Positions 10,296 to 19,912 of a stretch of DNA of 64,000 nt are shown piece by piece; the stretch's first letter is position 1; the number at the start of each line of letters is the position of its first letter. The notes under the pieces are model-generated. The model saw only the letters and a program-made list of their open reading frames with translations. It made no database searches and was not told where the DNA came from. The position numbers were made by a program, and so were the translations under genes. This DNA is from an uncultured Gemmatimonadaceae bacterium (GTDB lineage Bacteria; Gemmatimonadota; Gemmatimonadetes; Gemmatimonadales; Gemmatimonadaceae): contig CAWFQK010000004.1 of the NCBI GenBank assembly GCA_963817955.1, positions 864,001-928,000 of the forward strand, read 5' to 3'.

Positions 10296-10952
10296 ATGGC
10301 ATCAGCATCACTGGACGCCACCGTCCGCGCCGACCGCGGCACGGGCGTCGCCCGCAAGATCCGCCAAGCCGGACAGGTTCCCGCCGTCATCTACGGCCAC
10401 GGACGCGAGCCGCAGTCGCTCACGATCAACGCACGCGAGACGAATCATCTGCTGTCGACCATCTCGGCGGCGAGCACCGTCGTCAATCTGAACGTCGACG
10501 GCAAGACGTGCCGCACCCTCATCCGCGAGATTCAGCGCCATCCGTTCAAGCGCCACCTGGTCCACGTCGATTTCCAGGAGCTCGTGGCTGGTGAGAAGGT
10601 AACGGTCAGCGTGCCGCTACGCTTCGTCGGCACGGCAGATGGCGTGCGGAACGGCGGCGGAGTGCTCGAAGAAACGATGCACAAGGTGCACATCAAGGTC
10701 GATCCGGCGCAGATGCCGGAGCACATCGATGTCGATGTCACCGATCTGACCATCGGCCACAGCCTTCACATTCGCAATCTTCCGCTGCCTGAAGGCATCT
10801 CGGTGCTCGACGATCCGAGTGCCACGGTGTGCGTCGTGACGGCGCCGAAGACGGTTGTGGAGACGCCGGTCCCGGGTGCCGAGGTCGAGCCGAGCACGGC
10901 CGAACCGGAGCTCATCCGCAAGCCGAAGCCTGAAGAGGGCGAGGCCAAGTAA
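10296..10952 (+). CDS. rplY: 50S ribosomal protein L25 (CTC-type, long form)
   Basis: GVARKIRQAGQVPAVIYGHG, REIQRHP, HVDF, C-terminal EPELI. Confidence 0.96.
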   Translation: MASASLDATVRADRGTGVARKIRQAGQVPAVIYGHGREPQSLTINARETNHLLSTISAASTVVNLNVDGKTCRTLIREIQRHPFKRHLVHVDFQELVAGEKVTVSVPLRFVGTADGVRNGGGVLEETMHKVHIKVDPAQMPEHIDVDVTDLTIGHSLHIRNLPLPEGISVLDDPSATVCVVTAPKTVVETPVPGAEVEPSTAEPELIRKPKPEEGEAK

Positions 10953-11020
10953 CTGCGTCAGTGCTCCATTTCCTGTTCGGGCGGCGCCGAGCATCTCCCG
11001 CGGCACGCGACGACGAGCCG

Positions 11021-11602
11021 ATGAAAGTCATAGTGGGACTCGGCAACCCGGGCAAGGAATACGAGCGTACACGTCACAACGTCGGTTGGTGGGTCGTCGA
11101 TCACCTCGCCGACGTTTGGCATTTCGGCGGCTGGCGCAAGGACGGCGAAGCGTACGTGAGCAACGGCACCGTGGGAAACGTGAAGGTGAGGCTGGTCAAA
11201 CCGCTCACGTTCATGAATCTCAGCGGGGCTGTGCTCAGGCCATACCTGCGCCGGCCCTTCTGGGCCGCCGCTACCGATCTCATGGTCGTCGTCGATGACG
11301 TCGCGCTCCCACTGGGTCGTTATCGCTTTCGAGCCAAGGGGAGTGCCGGCGGGCACAATGGATTGAAGAGCATCGAGGGCGCTCTCAAATCGCAGGAGTA
11401 TGCACGCCTGCGGATCGGGATCGCGCCCGAGGACCCTTCGCGCCGGGGCCAACTGAAGGACTACGTGCTCGACGACTTCGGCAAGCGGGACGCACAGACC
11501 GTTCGCGACCTGCTTCCCGCGCTGACCGAGGCCGTGGCTCTCTGGCTCACGGCTGGCATCGTGCCGGTTATGAATCGATTTACTGGAGAGGGTGCGGAGT
11601 GA
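11021..11602 (+). CDS. pth: Peptidyl-tRNA hydrolase
   Basis: IVGLGNPG, TRHNVG, KPLTFMNLSG, GGHNGLKSI, RLRIGI; alternative GTG start at 10961. Confidence 0.96.
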   Translation: MKVIVGLGNPGKEYERTRHNVGWWVVDHLADVWHFGGWRKDGEAYVSNGTVGNVKVRLVKPLTFMNLSGAVLRPYLRRPFWAAATDLMVVVDDVALPLGRYRFRAKGSAGGHNGLKSIEGALKSQEYARLRIGIAPEDPSRRGQLKDYVLDDFGKRDAQTVRDLLPALTEAVALWLTAGIVPVMNRFTGEGAE

Positions 11603-11631
11603 TGCGCGCCCTCCATCATCAACACTAGAGA

Positions 11632-12733
11632 ATGCTCAGACTCGGAATTGTCGGTCTGCCGAACGTCGGCAAGTCGACGCTGTTCAATGCGCTCACGTCG
11701 GCGAATGTCCTCGCCGCGAACTATCCGTTCGCCACGAAGGATCCGAACGTCGGCCGGGTGAACGTGCCGGACGCACGGCTCGATGCGCTGGCCAAGGTCG
11801 TTCAACCACGTGGCGTCCTGCCGGCCGCCGTCGAATTCGTCGACATCGCGGGCTTGGTGAAGGGTGCGTCGCAGGGCGAAGGCCTGGGCAACCAGTTCTT
11901 GGCGAACATCCGTGAAACGGACGCCATCGTCCATGTCATCCGCGCCTTTGACGACGACGACGTGCTGCACGTGATGGGCGCCATCGATTCCGTGCGCGAT
12001 CGAGAGGTCATCGAATTCGAGCTCGCCCTGGCGGACCTGTCCGTCGTGGAGAAGCGGCTCGATCGCGCCAAGCGCGCGTCGAGGACCGGCGACAAGGACG
12101 CGCTGGCGGAGCTCGGCGCGCTCGAGCGCGCCTTCGCGCCGCTCCAGGAGGGCCGCGCTCTGTGGCATGCCGCGCTGTCGGCGGAGGACCGTGCCGTGCT
12201 CGCACCATTGTCGCTCCTCACCCTCAAGCCAATTCTCTACGCGGCGAATGTGACCGACGCCGAGTTGTCGGGCGACGAAGGCCCGCATCTCGAGCGCCTG
12301 CGCGAGGCAGTCGCGTCGAGCGGCGAGCCCGCCGAGGTCGTCCCCTTCTCCGCCAAGATCGAGGCGGAGCTGGCCGAGTTGCCCGCCGGAGGACCGCAAT
12401 GCATTTCTCGAGTCACTCGGGTTGGAGTCGGCGGGACTCGACCGCCTCATTCGCGCCGGCTATCACCTGCTCGGTCTGCAGACCTACTTCACCGCCGGGG
12501 AGCAGGAGGTCCGCGCATGGACGATCCATCGCGGGGACACTGCGCCGCAGGCGGCGGGGGTGATCCATACCGACTTCGAGCGCGGCTTCATTCGCGCCGA
12601 GACGGTGGGCTATGACGACTTCATCACCAACGGCGGCTGGAAAGGCGCGCGGGAAAAAGGCGCCGTGCGGTCGGAGGGCAAAGAGTACGTGGTGCAGGAC
12701 GGCGACGTGATGCTCTTCCGCTTCAACGTCTGA
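11632..12733 (+). CDS. ychF: Redox-regulated ATPase YchF (frameshift near 12383)
   Basis: [35 protein letters not shown] domain ([24 protein letters not shown]) in a second frame. Confidence 0.96.
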
Positions 12734-12736
12734 GCG

Positions 12737-13321
12737 TCAACAGGTGTTTTTCACGCCTGGCGTCACACGCCAACGCACCGTCGTGGTGCCGCCCACTGGC
12801 GTGTTATACAGTACGGTATCCTTGGTCGGGTCAGTGCTCGGGTCGACAATCGCGTTGAGGAGAGCGGCGTCTGCCGCTGAGATGCCAGGGATGTCCAGCC
12901 AGAGGGAATCCTTTTTGTTTCCCGAGCGGTCCTCCACCGAGTCACTTATCTCACCCATGGGCGTCCAGAGCCCCGTGGTCGGGATATAGAAATCAATGTA
13001 CGGTCCAGAGGTCTTCCATGTGCTCACGTTCGTTGTGGTGAACCGGCGCGCACGTGCCAAGCAACTCTCAATCGAGCTGGTGGTGATCAGGTATAGCGAG
13101 CTCTGATGGACGCCCCGGGAAATTCCGGTCCATCGGCCAGCTCCATCGCGTTCATGCCGACGCCAATGTCTCTGAGCGCTGACGCAGTCTTCAACGCGCG
13201 ATTGGTGATCATTCGACGCCGATAGATACGGCGCCGCCGTCGCCGCGAGCGCGGCCACGATGACGACCACCATAACGATCCACAACAGCGCAACCCCGCG
13301 CCGCACTCTGTAAGCGAGCAT
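12737..13321 (-). CDS. Type IV pilin/pseudopilin-like protein (probable internal compensating frameshifts)
   Basis: RRG|VALLWIVMVVVIVAALAATAAP class-III-like signal and hydrophobic helix; middle part reads better in alternative frames; C-terminal GPY...DTVLY. Confidence 0.55.
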   Translation of the reverse strand: MLAYRVRRGVALLWIVMVVVIVAALAATAAPYLSASNDHQSRVEDCVSAQRHWRRHERDGAGRWTGISRGVHQSSLYLITTSSIESCLARARRFTTTNVSTWKTSGPYIDFYIPTTGLWTPMGEISDSVEDRSGNKKDSLWLDIPGISAADAALLNAIVDPSTDPTKDTVLYNTPVGGTTTVRWRVTPGVKNTC

Positions 13322-13443
13322 ACAGGAGAAGACGAACATCCGTGCCGCGCGTTTCCGCAAGGGGGGGGGGCGAGGCTGTTCTTGGAAAGCAGCACGTGGG
13401 CTCGCATGCGCAGGTCGTCTGCCAGGCGCTCCAGCGGTACCAT

Positions 13444-13478
13444 GAGCCGGACACTCGCGCGAGGCGAGCGTCCGGCTC
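13444..13478 (-). terminator. Stem-loop downstream of the lipoprotein gene
   Basis: GAGCCGGAC-G-CTCGC / GCGAG-T-GTCCGGCTC on the minus strand (a G-U pair favours minus); no U tract. Confidence 0.45.
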
Positions 13479-13496
13479 CTGGATGCGCGCAGGCCG

Positions 13497-13886
13497 CTAG
13501 CGAATGTATACGGTGTTGTTCTTCAGCCCGTAGCCAACGCGGAATTCGATGATCTCACCCGGGGCAACGATGATCTTGCCCGTGGATGCGCGGCCGTTGC
13601 CGCCGATCGGTGTCGCGACGATCTGCAAGTCCGTGTTCATCATCGAAGGGTCGAGGACGAACGTATCGGACGCGTTGCCTGTGACCGTGCCGAGCCGGGT
13701 GGCCATGCCGTCGGTGACAGCAAACACGTCCAGGTCCAAGAAGTCGTCATTCCTGAGTTGGAGAGCGGCCGAGTTGACCGGCACCACCTCGCCCGCCGCC
13801 GTTTCGCTCGGACGAGCGCAGGCGTTCGCCGTTCCCAAGAGCATTGCCGATGCACAAGCAGCGACCAAGATTCTCATTCCCTGCAT
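13497..13886 (-). CDS. Putative small secreted/lipoprotein with beta-rich domain
   Basis: ATG after GGAGG; signal-like N-terminus ending TANAC; RLGTVTG, ATPIGG. Confidence 0.75.
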   Translation of the reverse strand: MQGMRILVAACASAMLLGTANACARPSETAAGEVVPVNSAALQLRNDDFLDLDVFAVTDGMATRLGTVTGNASDTFVLDPSMMNTDLQIVATPIGGNGRASTGKIIVAPGEIIEFRVGYGLKNNTVYIR

Positions 13887-14050
13887 ACCCCTACCTCCAC
13901 CGTCAGAATCCTTGGTAGGCCGCGCTGATCGCGACCCCTATGGCGAATATCAAAGCATGAGGGGTGCCAACTTGAGACAATTCGTTGTCCTCGTTATAAT
14001 TAGAGGCTAGGCGCACGCGGCCATTGCCAGCGGCGCACATCACATTTCCC

Positions 14051-14100
14051 CTCCCCTTGCTCCGGCAACCAGCGGGGGGCGGTCACGACCAAAGGGAGGA
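14051..14100 (+). promoter_or_regulatory. Probable S6:S18 ribosomal leader
   Basis: CTCCCCTTG...CAAAGGGAGG can pair and occlude the rpsF Shine-Dalgarno; layout resembles known S6:S18 leaders. Confidence 0.5.
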
Positions 14101-14110
14101 TTGCCCACGC

Positions 14111-14479
14111 ATGACGCGTCAATATGAGGCGGTCTACGTCTTCGATTCTACGCTCGAAGACGCCGCCATTACCGACAAGCTTGGCCGCTTCCATGGCCTC
14201 CTCGGCAACCCCGAGGATCTCCAGCTCAACCACTGGGGCCGCCGCCAGCTCGCTTACCCCATCGCCCGCCGTGAATCCGGGTACTACGTCATCGCGCGCT
14301 TCGGCGCCGAAGCCGCCGTGCTCCCCGAATACGAGCGCGCCATCAAGCTCGATGACGGCATCATCCGTCATCTCATCACGCTCTTCGAGCACGAAGTCGG
14401 CGCTCCGCCGATGTCGGAAGAAGAGCTCGCCCTGGCGAACCGTCGGCGTGAGGCCGACGAAGACGAGGACGAGGAATAA
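14111..14479 (+). CDS. rpsF: 30S ribosomal protein S6
   Basis: [22 protein letters not shown]; acidic tail. Confidence 0.96.
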   Translation: MTRQYEAVYVFDSTLEDAAITDKLGRFHGLLGNPEDLQLNHWGRRQLAYPIARRESGYYVIARFGAEAAVLPEYERAIKLDDGIIRHLITLFEHEVGAPPMSEEELALANRRREADEDEDEE

Positions 14480-14481
14480 CT

Positions 14482-14703
14482 ATGCGCCGCCCACAAAAGA
14501 CCTGCCCATTCTGCGAGACCCGCGTCCGCTTCATCGATTATAAAGATGATCGTACCCTCGGCCGCTTCATCACGGACCACGGCAAGATCCTGCCGAGCCG
14601 CCTGAGCGGTGTATGCGCCCGTCATCAGCGTCAGTTGTCAACGGCGATCAAGCGCGCGCGGTACCTCGCCATCATTCCGTATATCCGCGGGATGCAGGCG
14701 TAG
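14482..14703 (+). CDS. rpsR: 30S ribosomal protein S18 (Zn-binding form)
   Basis: CPFC, IDYKD, GKILPSR, CARHQR, AIKRAR. Confidence 0.97.
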   Translation: MRRPQKTCPFCETRVRFIDYKDDRTLGRFITDHGKILPSRLSGVCARHQRQLSTAIKRARYLAIIPYIRGMQA

Positions 14704-14706
14704 CGT

Positions 14707-15789
14707 ATGGCCGAACCGGCGTCCGAGGTCACATCAGCTCCGGCTCCTGTGGCCGCGCCTACCGAGCGCGGATGGGGAAAGCTTCTCATCGCGATCGTGG
14801 CGTTCCTGTTCCTCCCGACGATTCCGCAGTTGCGGGCCGTGTTGCCGATCGAGCAGACGATGATGCTGCTCGTTCCGGCAGTCGCCGCATGTGCGCTCGT
14901 CGGATGGTGGGCGGGCGGACGCGCGTTCCTGGCCGTTGCCTGGGTCGCGATCGCCGCGTTGTTGACGGCGCAATCGGCTACACCTCCCAGTCCGTTCGAC
15001 AATCTCGTGCGCGGCTGGTGCCTGTTGCTCGCCGGAACGTTCGGACTCGTCTGCCTATTGGGTGTGCGACGTCCGCTGTTCTCGCGTTCGTTGCTGACCC
15101 TCGGCATCACCCTCGTGATGGCAACGATGGTGACCCTGCTCGGGCCGGTGACGTTATCGCAGGCGACGAAGACCCTGGCCGGCGAGTTTACGCGTCGCAA
15201 CGCCGAGACGATGTCCACGCTGAACGGCGTGATCGCGTCGCATCAGAAGGAATGGAAGGACCTGGCGGCAAAGGTGCCGAAGCTTGTGGACCTCCCCGCG
15301 GAAACCGAAAAGGAACTCGGCGTGATGTCAGACGCCGGCGCCGACGTGTTTCCCGCACTCCTCGCGCTTCAGTCACTCGCGGCGTTGGCGCTCGCCTGGG
15401 CCGTGTACCATCGGCTTGGCCGCGCTCGCCTCGGTCCCCCGCTCGGACCGTTACGGGAATTCCGGTTCAACGACCAACTGGTGTGGGGATTGATCGTCGG
15501 GCTGACGATCATGCTGGTTCCCACACTGACCGCCCTGCGCGGAGTTGGAATAAATCTCCTCGTCTTCTTTGGCGCGCTCTACGCCATGCGTGGTTTCGGC
15601 GTGCTCACCTGGTTCATGGCACCAGGGAGCCTCGCGATCACACTGGCCGTGGGCTTCGTCCTGCTCTGGGCGCCCGTTCTCAACGCGTTTGCCGCACTCG
15701 CCTTCATGATGCTCGGCGTGGCCGCATTGGCGTTGGGTCTGGGTGATACCTGGGCGGATTGGCGTAGCCGCGCGCGCTCCACTTTGTAG
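14707..15789 (+). CDS. DUF2232 (YybS-like) membrane protein
   Basis: Many TM helices, C-terminal LGLGDTWADWR; located between rpsR and rplI. Confidence 0.75.
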   Translation: MAEPASEVTSAPAPVAAPTERGWGKLLIAIVAFLFLPTIPQLRAVLPIEQTMMLLVPAVAACALVGWWAGGRAFLAVAWVAIAALLTAQSATPPSPFDNLVRGWCLLLAGTFGLVCLLGVRRPLFSRSLLTLGITLVMATMVTLLGPVTLSQATKTLAGEFTRRNAETMSTLNGVIASHQKEWKDLAAKVPKLVDLPAETEKELGVMSDAGADVFPALLALQSLAALALAWAVYHRLGRARLGPPLGPLREFRFNDQLVWGLIVGLTIMLVPTLTALRGVGINLLVFFGALYAMRGFGVLTWFMAPGSLAITLAVGFVLLWAPVLNAFAALAFMMLGVAALALGLGDTWADWRSRARSTL

Positions 15790-15815
15790 ATCGATCACAC
15801 CGATCGGAGTCAATC

Positions 15816-16259
15816 ATGGAAATCATCCTCCGCCAAGCGGTCGAGAATCTCGGCAAGCCCGGCGACGTGGTGAAGGTCAAGTCGGGCTACGCTCGCAACT
15901 ATCTGCTTCCGCGCGGCTTCGCCTACGAGGCGACGCCGGGCAACCTGAAACGCATTCGGCAAGAGCGCGATCGCCTGGACGCGGCCGAGAACGAGCGTCG
16001 CGGCGCAGCGCAGAGCATTGCCGAGCAACTCGAGCAAGTGTCGCTCACCTTCTCGGCCCGCGTCGGCGAGGAAGGAAAGCTGTTCGGCTCGGTCACCGCT
16101 GCAGACATCGCGCAGCAACTCGAGGCCCAGGGATTCCACATCGAGAAGCGCCAGATCGACCTGCACGATCCGATCAAGGCGCTGGGTGTATATCGCGTTC
16201 CGGTTCGGCTTCACGCCGACGTCAAGCCGGAAGTGCGCGTCTGGATCATCAAGCAGTAA
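15816..16259 (+). CDS. rplI: 50S ribosomal protein L9
   Basis: LGKPGDVVKVKSGYARNYLLP, GKLFGSVT, PIKALG. Confidence 0.97.
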   Translation: MEIILRQAVENLGKPGDVVKVKSGYARNYLLPRGFAYEATPGNLKRIRQERDRLDAAENERRGAAQSIAEQLEQVSLTFSARVGEEGKLFGSVTAADIAQQLEAQGFHIEKRQIDLHDPIKALGVYRVPVRLHADVKPEVRVWIIKQ

Positions 16260-16280
16260 GCTCGCTCGAGTGGTGAAGCG

Positions 16281-16323
16281 GTCGAACGGTGGAGCGCCGC
16301 GGCGCTCCACCGTTCGACTGTTT
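16281..16323 (+). terminator. Perfect 38-bp palindrome followed by TGTTT; probable terminator of the rpsF-rplI operon
   Basis: GTCGAACGGTGGAGCGCCG|CGGCGCTCCACCGTTCGAC at 16281-16318. Confidence 0.65.
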
Positions 16324-16401
16324 GAGGAGTCCTCGCCGTGCTCTACAAAGCGTGGTACCACTGTTATGCTACATGTACACCTACCGGGCGCCGCTCACTG
16401 C

Positions 16402-16779
16402 ATGCCGACCATTACATCGACCAACACCCTGACCAACACGCTCGCTCTCGCGCAGCGCGCCGCACAGCTCGCCGTCGACAGCAAAGCGCAGGACATCGTC
16501 CTCCTCGATCTGCGAGGCGTGACGGACATGACCGACTATTTCCTCGTCGCCAGCGGCACATCAGACACGCATGCGCGATCGATCGGTGAGCGGATCATGG
16601 AAGGGATGAAGAAGGACGGCTCGCCAGTGCATCATGTCGAGGGACTGGAGAAGGGCCGCTGGGTGCTGCTCGATTTCGTGGACATCGTGGTGCACGTGTT
16701 TCACCCAACTATGCGCAACTTCTATCAACTCGAGCGCTTGTGGGCCGACGCCGAGCAGATTCCGCTGGAATCACGATAG
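16402..16779 (+). CDS. rsfS: Ribosome silencing factor
   Basis: KAQDIVLLDLR, TDYFLVASG, WVLLDF, IVVHVF, FYQLERLW. Confidence 0.95.
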   Translation: MPTITSTNTLTNTLALAQRAAQLAVDSKAQDIVLLDLRGVTDMTDYFLVASGTSDTHARSIGERIMEGMKKDGSPVHHVEGLEKGRWVLLDFVDIVVHVFHPTMRNFYQLERLWADAEQIPLESR

Positions 16780-16802
16780 GCGTTCCGCGACGAGCGAGGG
16801 GC

Positions 16803-19800
16803 GTGCTCCTCGCAACGGCCATCGCGATCGCCGGCTGGGCCGCGCCTACGCCTGCGCAGAACTACTTCGGGCAGAACCAAGTCCAGTACGACCACTTCAA
16901 GTGGGAGATCCTGGAGACCGAGCACTTCCTCATCTACTACTATCCTGAGGAAGGCCGGGCCGCGATGGACGCGGCGCGTATGGCCGAGCGATCCTATGCG
17001 CGCCTGTCGCGAATGCTCGACCATCAGTTCCGCGAGAAGAAGCCGATCGTGCTCTTCTCGTCGCGCATCGACTTCGGGCAGAACAACGTCACGGGCGATC
17101 TCGGCGAAGGCACCGGTGGAGTCACGGAGGCCACGCGACATCGCATGCTCCTCAACTTCACCGGCGACTACAAGAGCTTCGAACACGTGCTCACGCATGA
17201 GATGGTGCATGCGTTCCAGTACGACATCTTCGCGCGCGGCAAGGCGGGCAACGGGCTGCAGACGCTGGCGCAGTTTCTTCCGCCGCTCTGGTTCGCGGAG
17301 GGCATGGCTGAATACCTGTCGCTCGGCCCCAACTCATCCGTCACCACCGCCTGGATGCGCGACGCGGCGCTGAACGGAAAGATCCCGACCATTCAACAGC
17401 TGGCCGATCAGCCGGACCGGTATTTCCCCTATCGCTACGGCCACTCGCTCTGGAGCTACATCGGCCAGAAGTGGGGCGACGAGGTCATTGGGCAGATCAT
17501 GAACGGCGTGCCGAGTGTCGGCGTGGAACGCGCGATCCGGCGCGAGCTCGGCGTGTCGCTCGAGGAGCTCGGCGATGAATGGCGTGAGGACGTGCAGACG
17601 CGCCTCTTGCCGGCCGCCGGGGGCATGGACCGTCCGCAGAAGTTCGCCCAGCCGCTGCTCACGGAACAGAAGAGCGGCGGCGAGATCTTTCTCGCACCGG
17701 CGCTGTCGAGCGATGGCCGGTTGATCGCGTTCCTTTCGAACGGCAGCTTCCTGCGTGGCCAGGTGTTCATCGACCTGTGGCTCGCCGACGCCGAGACGGG
17801 CAAGCGCGTGACACGCCTGGTGAAGAGCACGTTCAACCCCGACTTCGAGGAGCTACGCGTTCTGTACTCGCAGAGCGCCTTCTCGCCGGATGGCCGCTGG
17901 CTCGCGGTGACCGGGCAGCGCCACGGCAAAGACGTGCTCAACATTTTCGACGTGCGCTCCCGCCGGCAGACGGCGCGCTTCGACCTGCCGCTCGAATCCG
18001 TGACCGGACCAAGCTGGTCGCCCGATGGGCGGCGGCTGGTGGTCAGTGGCTCGGTGGGTGGAATTACCGATCTCTATATAGTAAACGCGACTGGCAGCGG
18101 ACTCCGCCGTCTCACCAACGACCGGTTCGGTGACCTGCAGCCCCAGTGGTCGCCCGACGGCCGCACGATCGCCTTTGCCAGCGATCGGGACAGCGCCAGC
18201 TTGGGTCTGCTCAAGTTCCTGCCCTGGAAGATCACGCTGCTCGACGTGGCATCGGGGGCGATTACCGTGCTGCCCGGACAGGCGGGGCTGAACACGAATC
18301 CACAGTGGGCGCCGGACGGCCGCTCGATCGCCTATGTGTCTGACCGCACGGGCTCGGCGAATGTCTTTCTGTACGACCTCGACACACACGAACACTATCA
18401 GCTGACGAGCGTCATCGGAGCAATCTCGGCGCTCACGGAATACAGTCCGTCCATCTCCTGGGCGCGACAGGCGGACAAGCTGGCGTTCACATATTACGAG
18501 AACGGGAAATACACCATCTGGACGGCGAGCAACCCGCGCGCATTGCGCAGGACGCCGTTCCGCGACACGCCGCGGCCCATCATCGTCGCCAGCGCGCCGG
18601 CAGATTCGGGCGCGAACCCCGTCTCGGTCGCGGCCCTGCTCGACTCCTCCAACATCGGCCTGCCCGACACGACGAAGTTTCGCGTCAATGCGTACCACCC
18701 GCGCTTTCAGGCCGATTACGCCACGCGGCCCACGATCGGCTACTCGCCGGACGCTCTTGGGCGCAGCGTGTTCGGCGGCACGACGGTGGTGTTGAGCGAC
18801 ATGCTCGGGAATAATCACCTCGCGATCGCCGGTGAGATCAACGGCCGGCTGAGCGAAGCGCGCGCTTTCCTTGGCTACACCAATCTCGCGCACCGGTGGC
18901 AGTATTCGACCGCGCTGTCCCAGGCGCCGTACTATTTCTTGTCCGGCGACTCGCTCTCGAGCACCGCGGATCCCGGCGTGGCGCTCGAGAATCAGGAGAT
19001 CACGACCTACGTGGCGCGTCAGGCGTTCGGCGTGACGGCGTATCCGCTCGACCGTTTCACGCGCATCGAAATCGGCGCCGGGTTCAACAACATCGATCGT
19101 AGCCGTTTGTTCGTTACGCGCAAGATTTCCAACGGCAGTGAAGCCAGCGCATACGCGGTGGACAGTACGCATCGCGATCCGTCGTTGAACTACGTGGACG
19201 GACAGGTTGCGCTCGTCTCGGACAACACCCTGTTCGGCTATACCGGGCCGGTCATGGGCCGGCGCTACCGCTTCCAAGTGAGCCCAGTCGTCGGCACCTA
19301 CAACTGGGTGCAGTACCTGGCCGACTACCGACGCTATGACCCGATCATCTTCAACTATCTCACGGTCGCCTCACGACTCTACACCGACCTGTCCATCGGG
19401 CCCGACGAGACGAAGTTCCCCAAGTACATCGCTCGGCCAGACTACGTGCGCGGGTACGACCGCAACAGCACTTTTTCGCTGAGCTGTCCGCTCATCGGAG
19501 CCAACCCGACGAACTGTAGCGCCGTGCAGCTGCTGGGCAGCCGCGTGGCGGTCGCCAACATCGAGCTGCGCTTTCCGGTCATCAGACGTCTGGAGCTCGG
19601 GTTCGCTCCGGTGGACCTGCCGCCGCTCGACGGGCTGTTCTTCTACGATGCTGGCCTTGCCTGGTCGGCCGGGCAGACCGTCTACGGAAGCCGGCCCGTG
19701 GCGTTCGATCTGTCGAAGGCGCGCTATCCGCTGCGGAGCTATGGGTTCGGGCTCCGGCTGAACCTGTTCAATTACGCTATTGTCCGGTGGGACTACGCAG

Positions 19801-19862
19801 TGCCCATCGACCAGCCGGGGCACAAAGGGAACTGGACCTGGTCGTTGTGGCCGAGTTTCTAG
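16803..19862 (+). CDS. Secreted fusion: zinc-peptidase-like domain + TolB-like PD40 propeller + BamA/TamA-type barrel
   Basis: FGQNQVQY, HEMVH plus PLWFAEGMAEY, repeated P.WSPDG, VRGY, VANIELRFP, GFGLR, C-terminal Phe; start uncertain. Confidence 0.8.
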   Translation: MLLATAIAIAGWAAPTPAQNYFGQNQVQYDHFKWEILETEHFLIYYYPEEGRAAMDAARMAERSYARLSRMLDHQFREKKPIVLFSSRIDFGQNNVTGDLGEGTGGVTEATRHRMLLNFTGDYKSFEHVLTHEMVHAFQYDIFARGKAGNGLQTLAQFLPPLWFAEGMAEYLSLGPNSSVTTAWMRDAALNGKIPTIQQLADQPDRYFPYRYGHSLWSYIGQKWGDEVIGQIMNGVPSVGVERAIRRELGVSLEELGDEWREDVQTRLLPAAGGMDRPQKFAQPLLTEQKSGGEIFLAPALSSDGRLIAFLSNGSFLRGQVFIDLWLADAETGKRVTRLVKSTFNPDFEELRVLYSQSAFSPDGRWLAVTGQRHGKDVLNIFDVRSRRQTARFDLPLESVTGPSWSPDGRRLVVSGSVGGITDLYIVNATGSGLRRLTNDRFGDLQPQWSPDGRTIAFASDRDSASLGLLKFLPWKITLLDVASGAITVLPGQAGLNTNPQWAPDGRSIAYVSDRTGSANVFLYDLDTHEHYQLTSVIGAISALTEYSPSISWARQADKLAFTYYENGKYTIWTASNPRALRRTPFRDTPRPIIVASAPADSGANPVSVAALLDSSNIGLPDTTKFRVNAYHPRFQADYATRPTIGYSPDALGRSVFGGTTVVLSDMLGNNHLAIAGEINGRLSEARAFLGYTNLAHRWQYSTALSQAPYYFLSGDSLSSTADPGVALENQEITTYVARQAFGVTAYPLDRFTRIEIGAGFNNIDRSRLFVTRKISNGSEASAYAVDSTHRDPSLNYVDGQVALVSDNTLFGYTGPVMGRRYRFQVSPVVGTYNWVQYLADYRRYDPIIFNYLTVASRLYTDLSIGPDETKFPKYIARPDYVRGYDRNSTFSLSCPLIGANPTNCSAVQLLGSRVAVANIELRFPVIRRLELGFAPVDLPPLDGLFFYDAGLAWSAGQTVYGSRPVAFDLSKARYPLRSYGFGLRLNLFNYAIVRWDYAVPIDQPGHKGNWTWSLWPSF

Positions 19863-19912
19863 CGGCGCGGGCGATAGCCGTTTTACTCAAAACCGACATT
19901 ATCTTTCACCTC

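Noticed and set aside
12380..12395. Programmed ribosomal frameshifting in ychF, prs or the sigma factor
   Set aside because: No slippery site or precedent that I know of; the scatter of indels fits sequencing error
14479..14482. Missing ssb between rpsF and rpsR
   Set aside because: Direct rpsF-rpsR adjacency is common in several phyla
17853..19277. Long antisense ORFs (also 46195-47658, 57287-58945, 51736-52863 and others)
   Set aside because: Shadow frames opposite well-supported genes, expected in high-GC DNA
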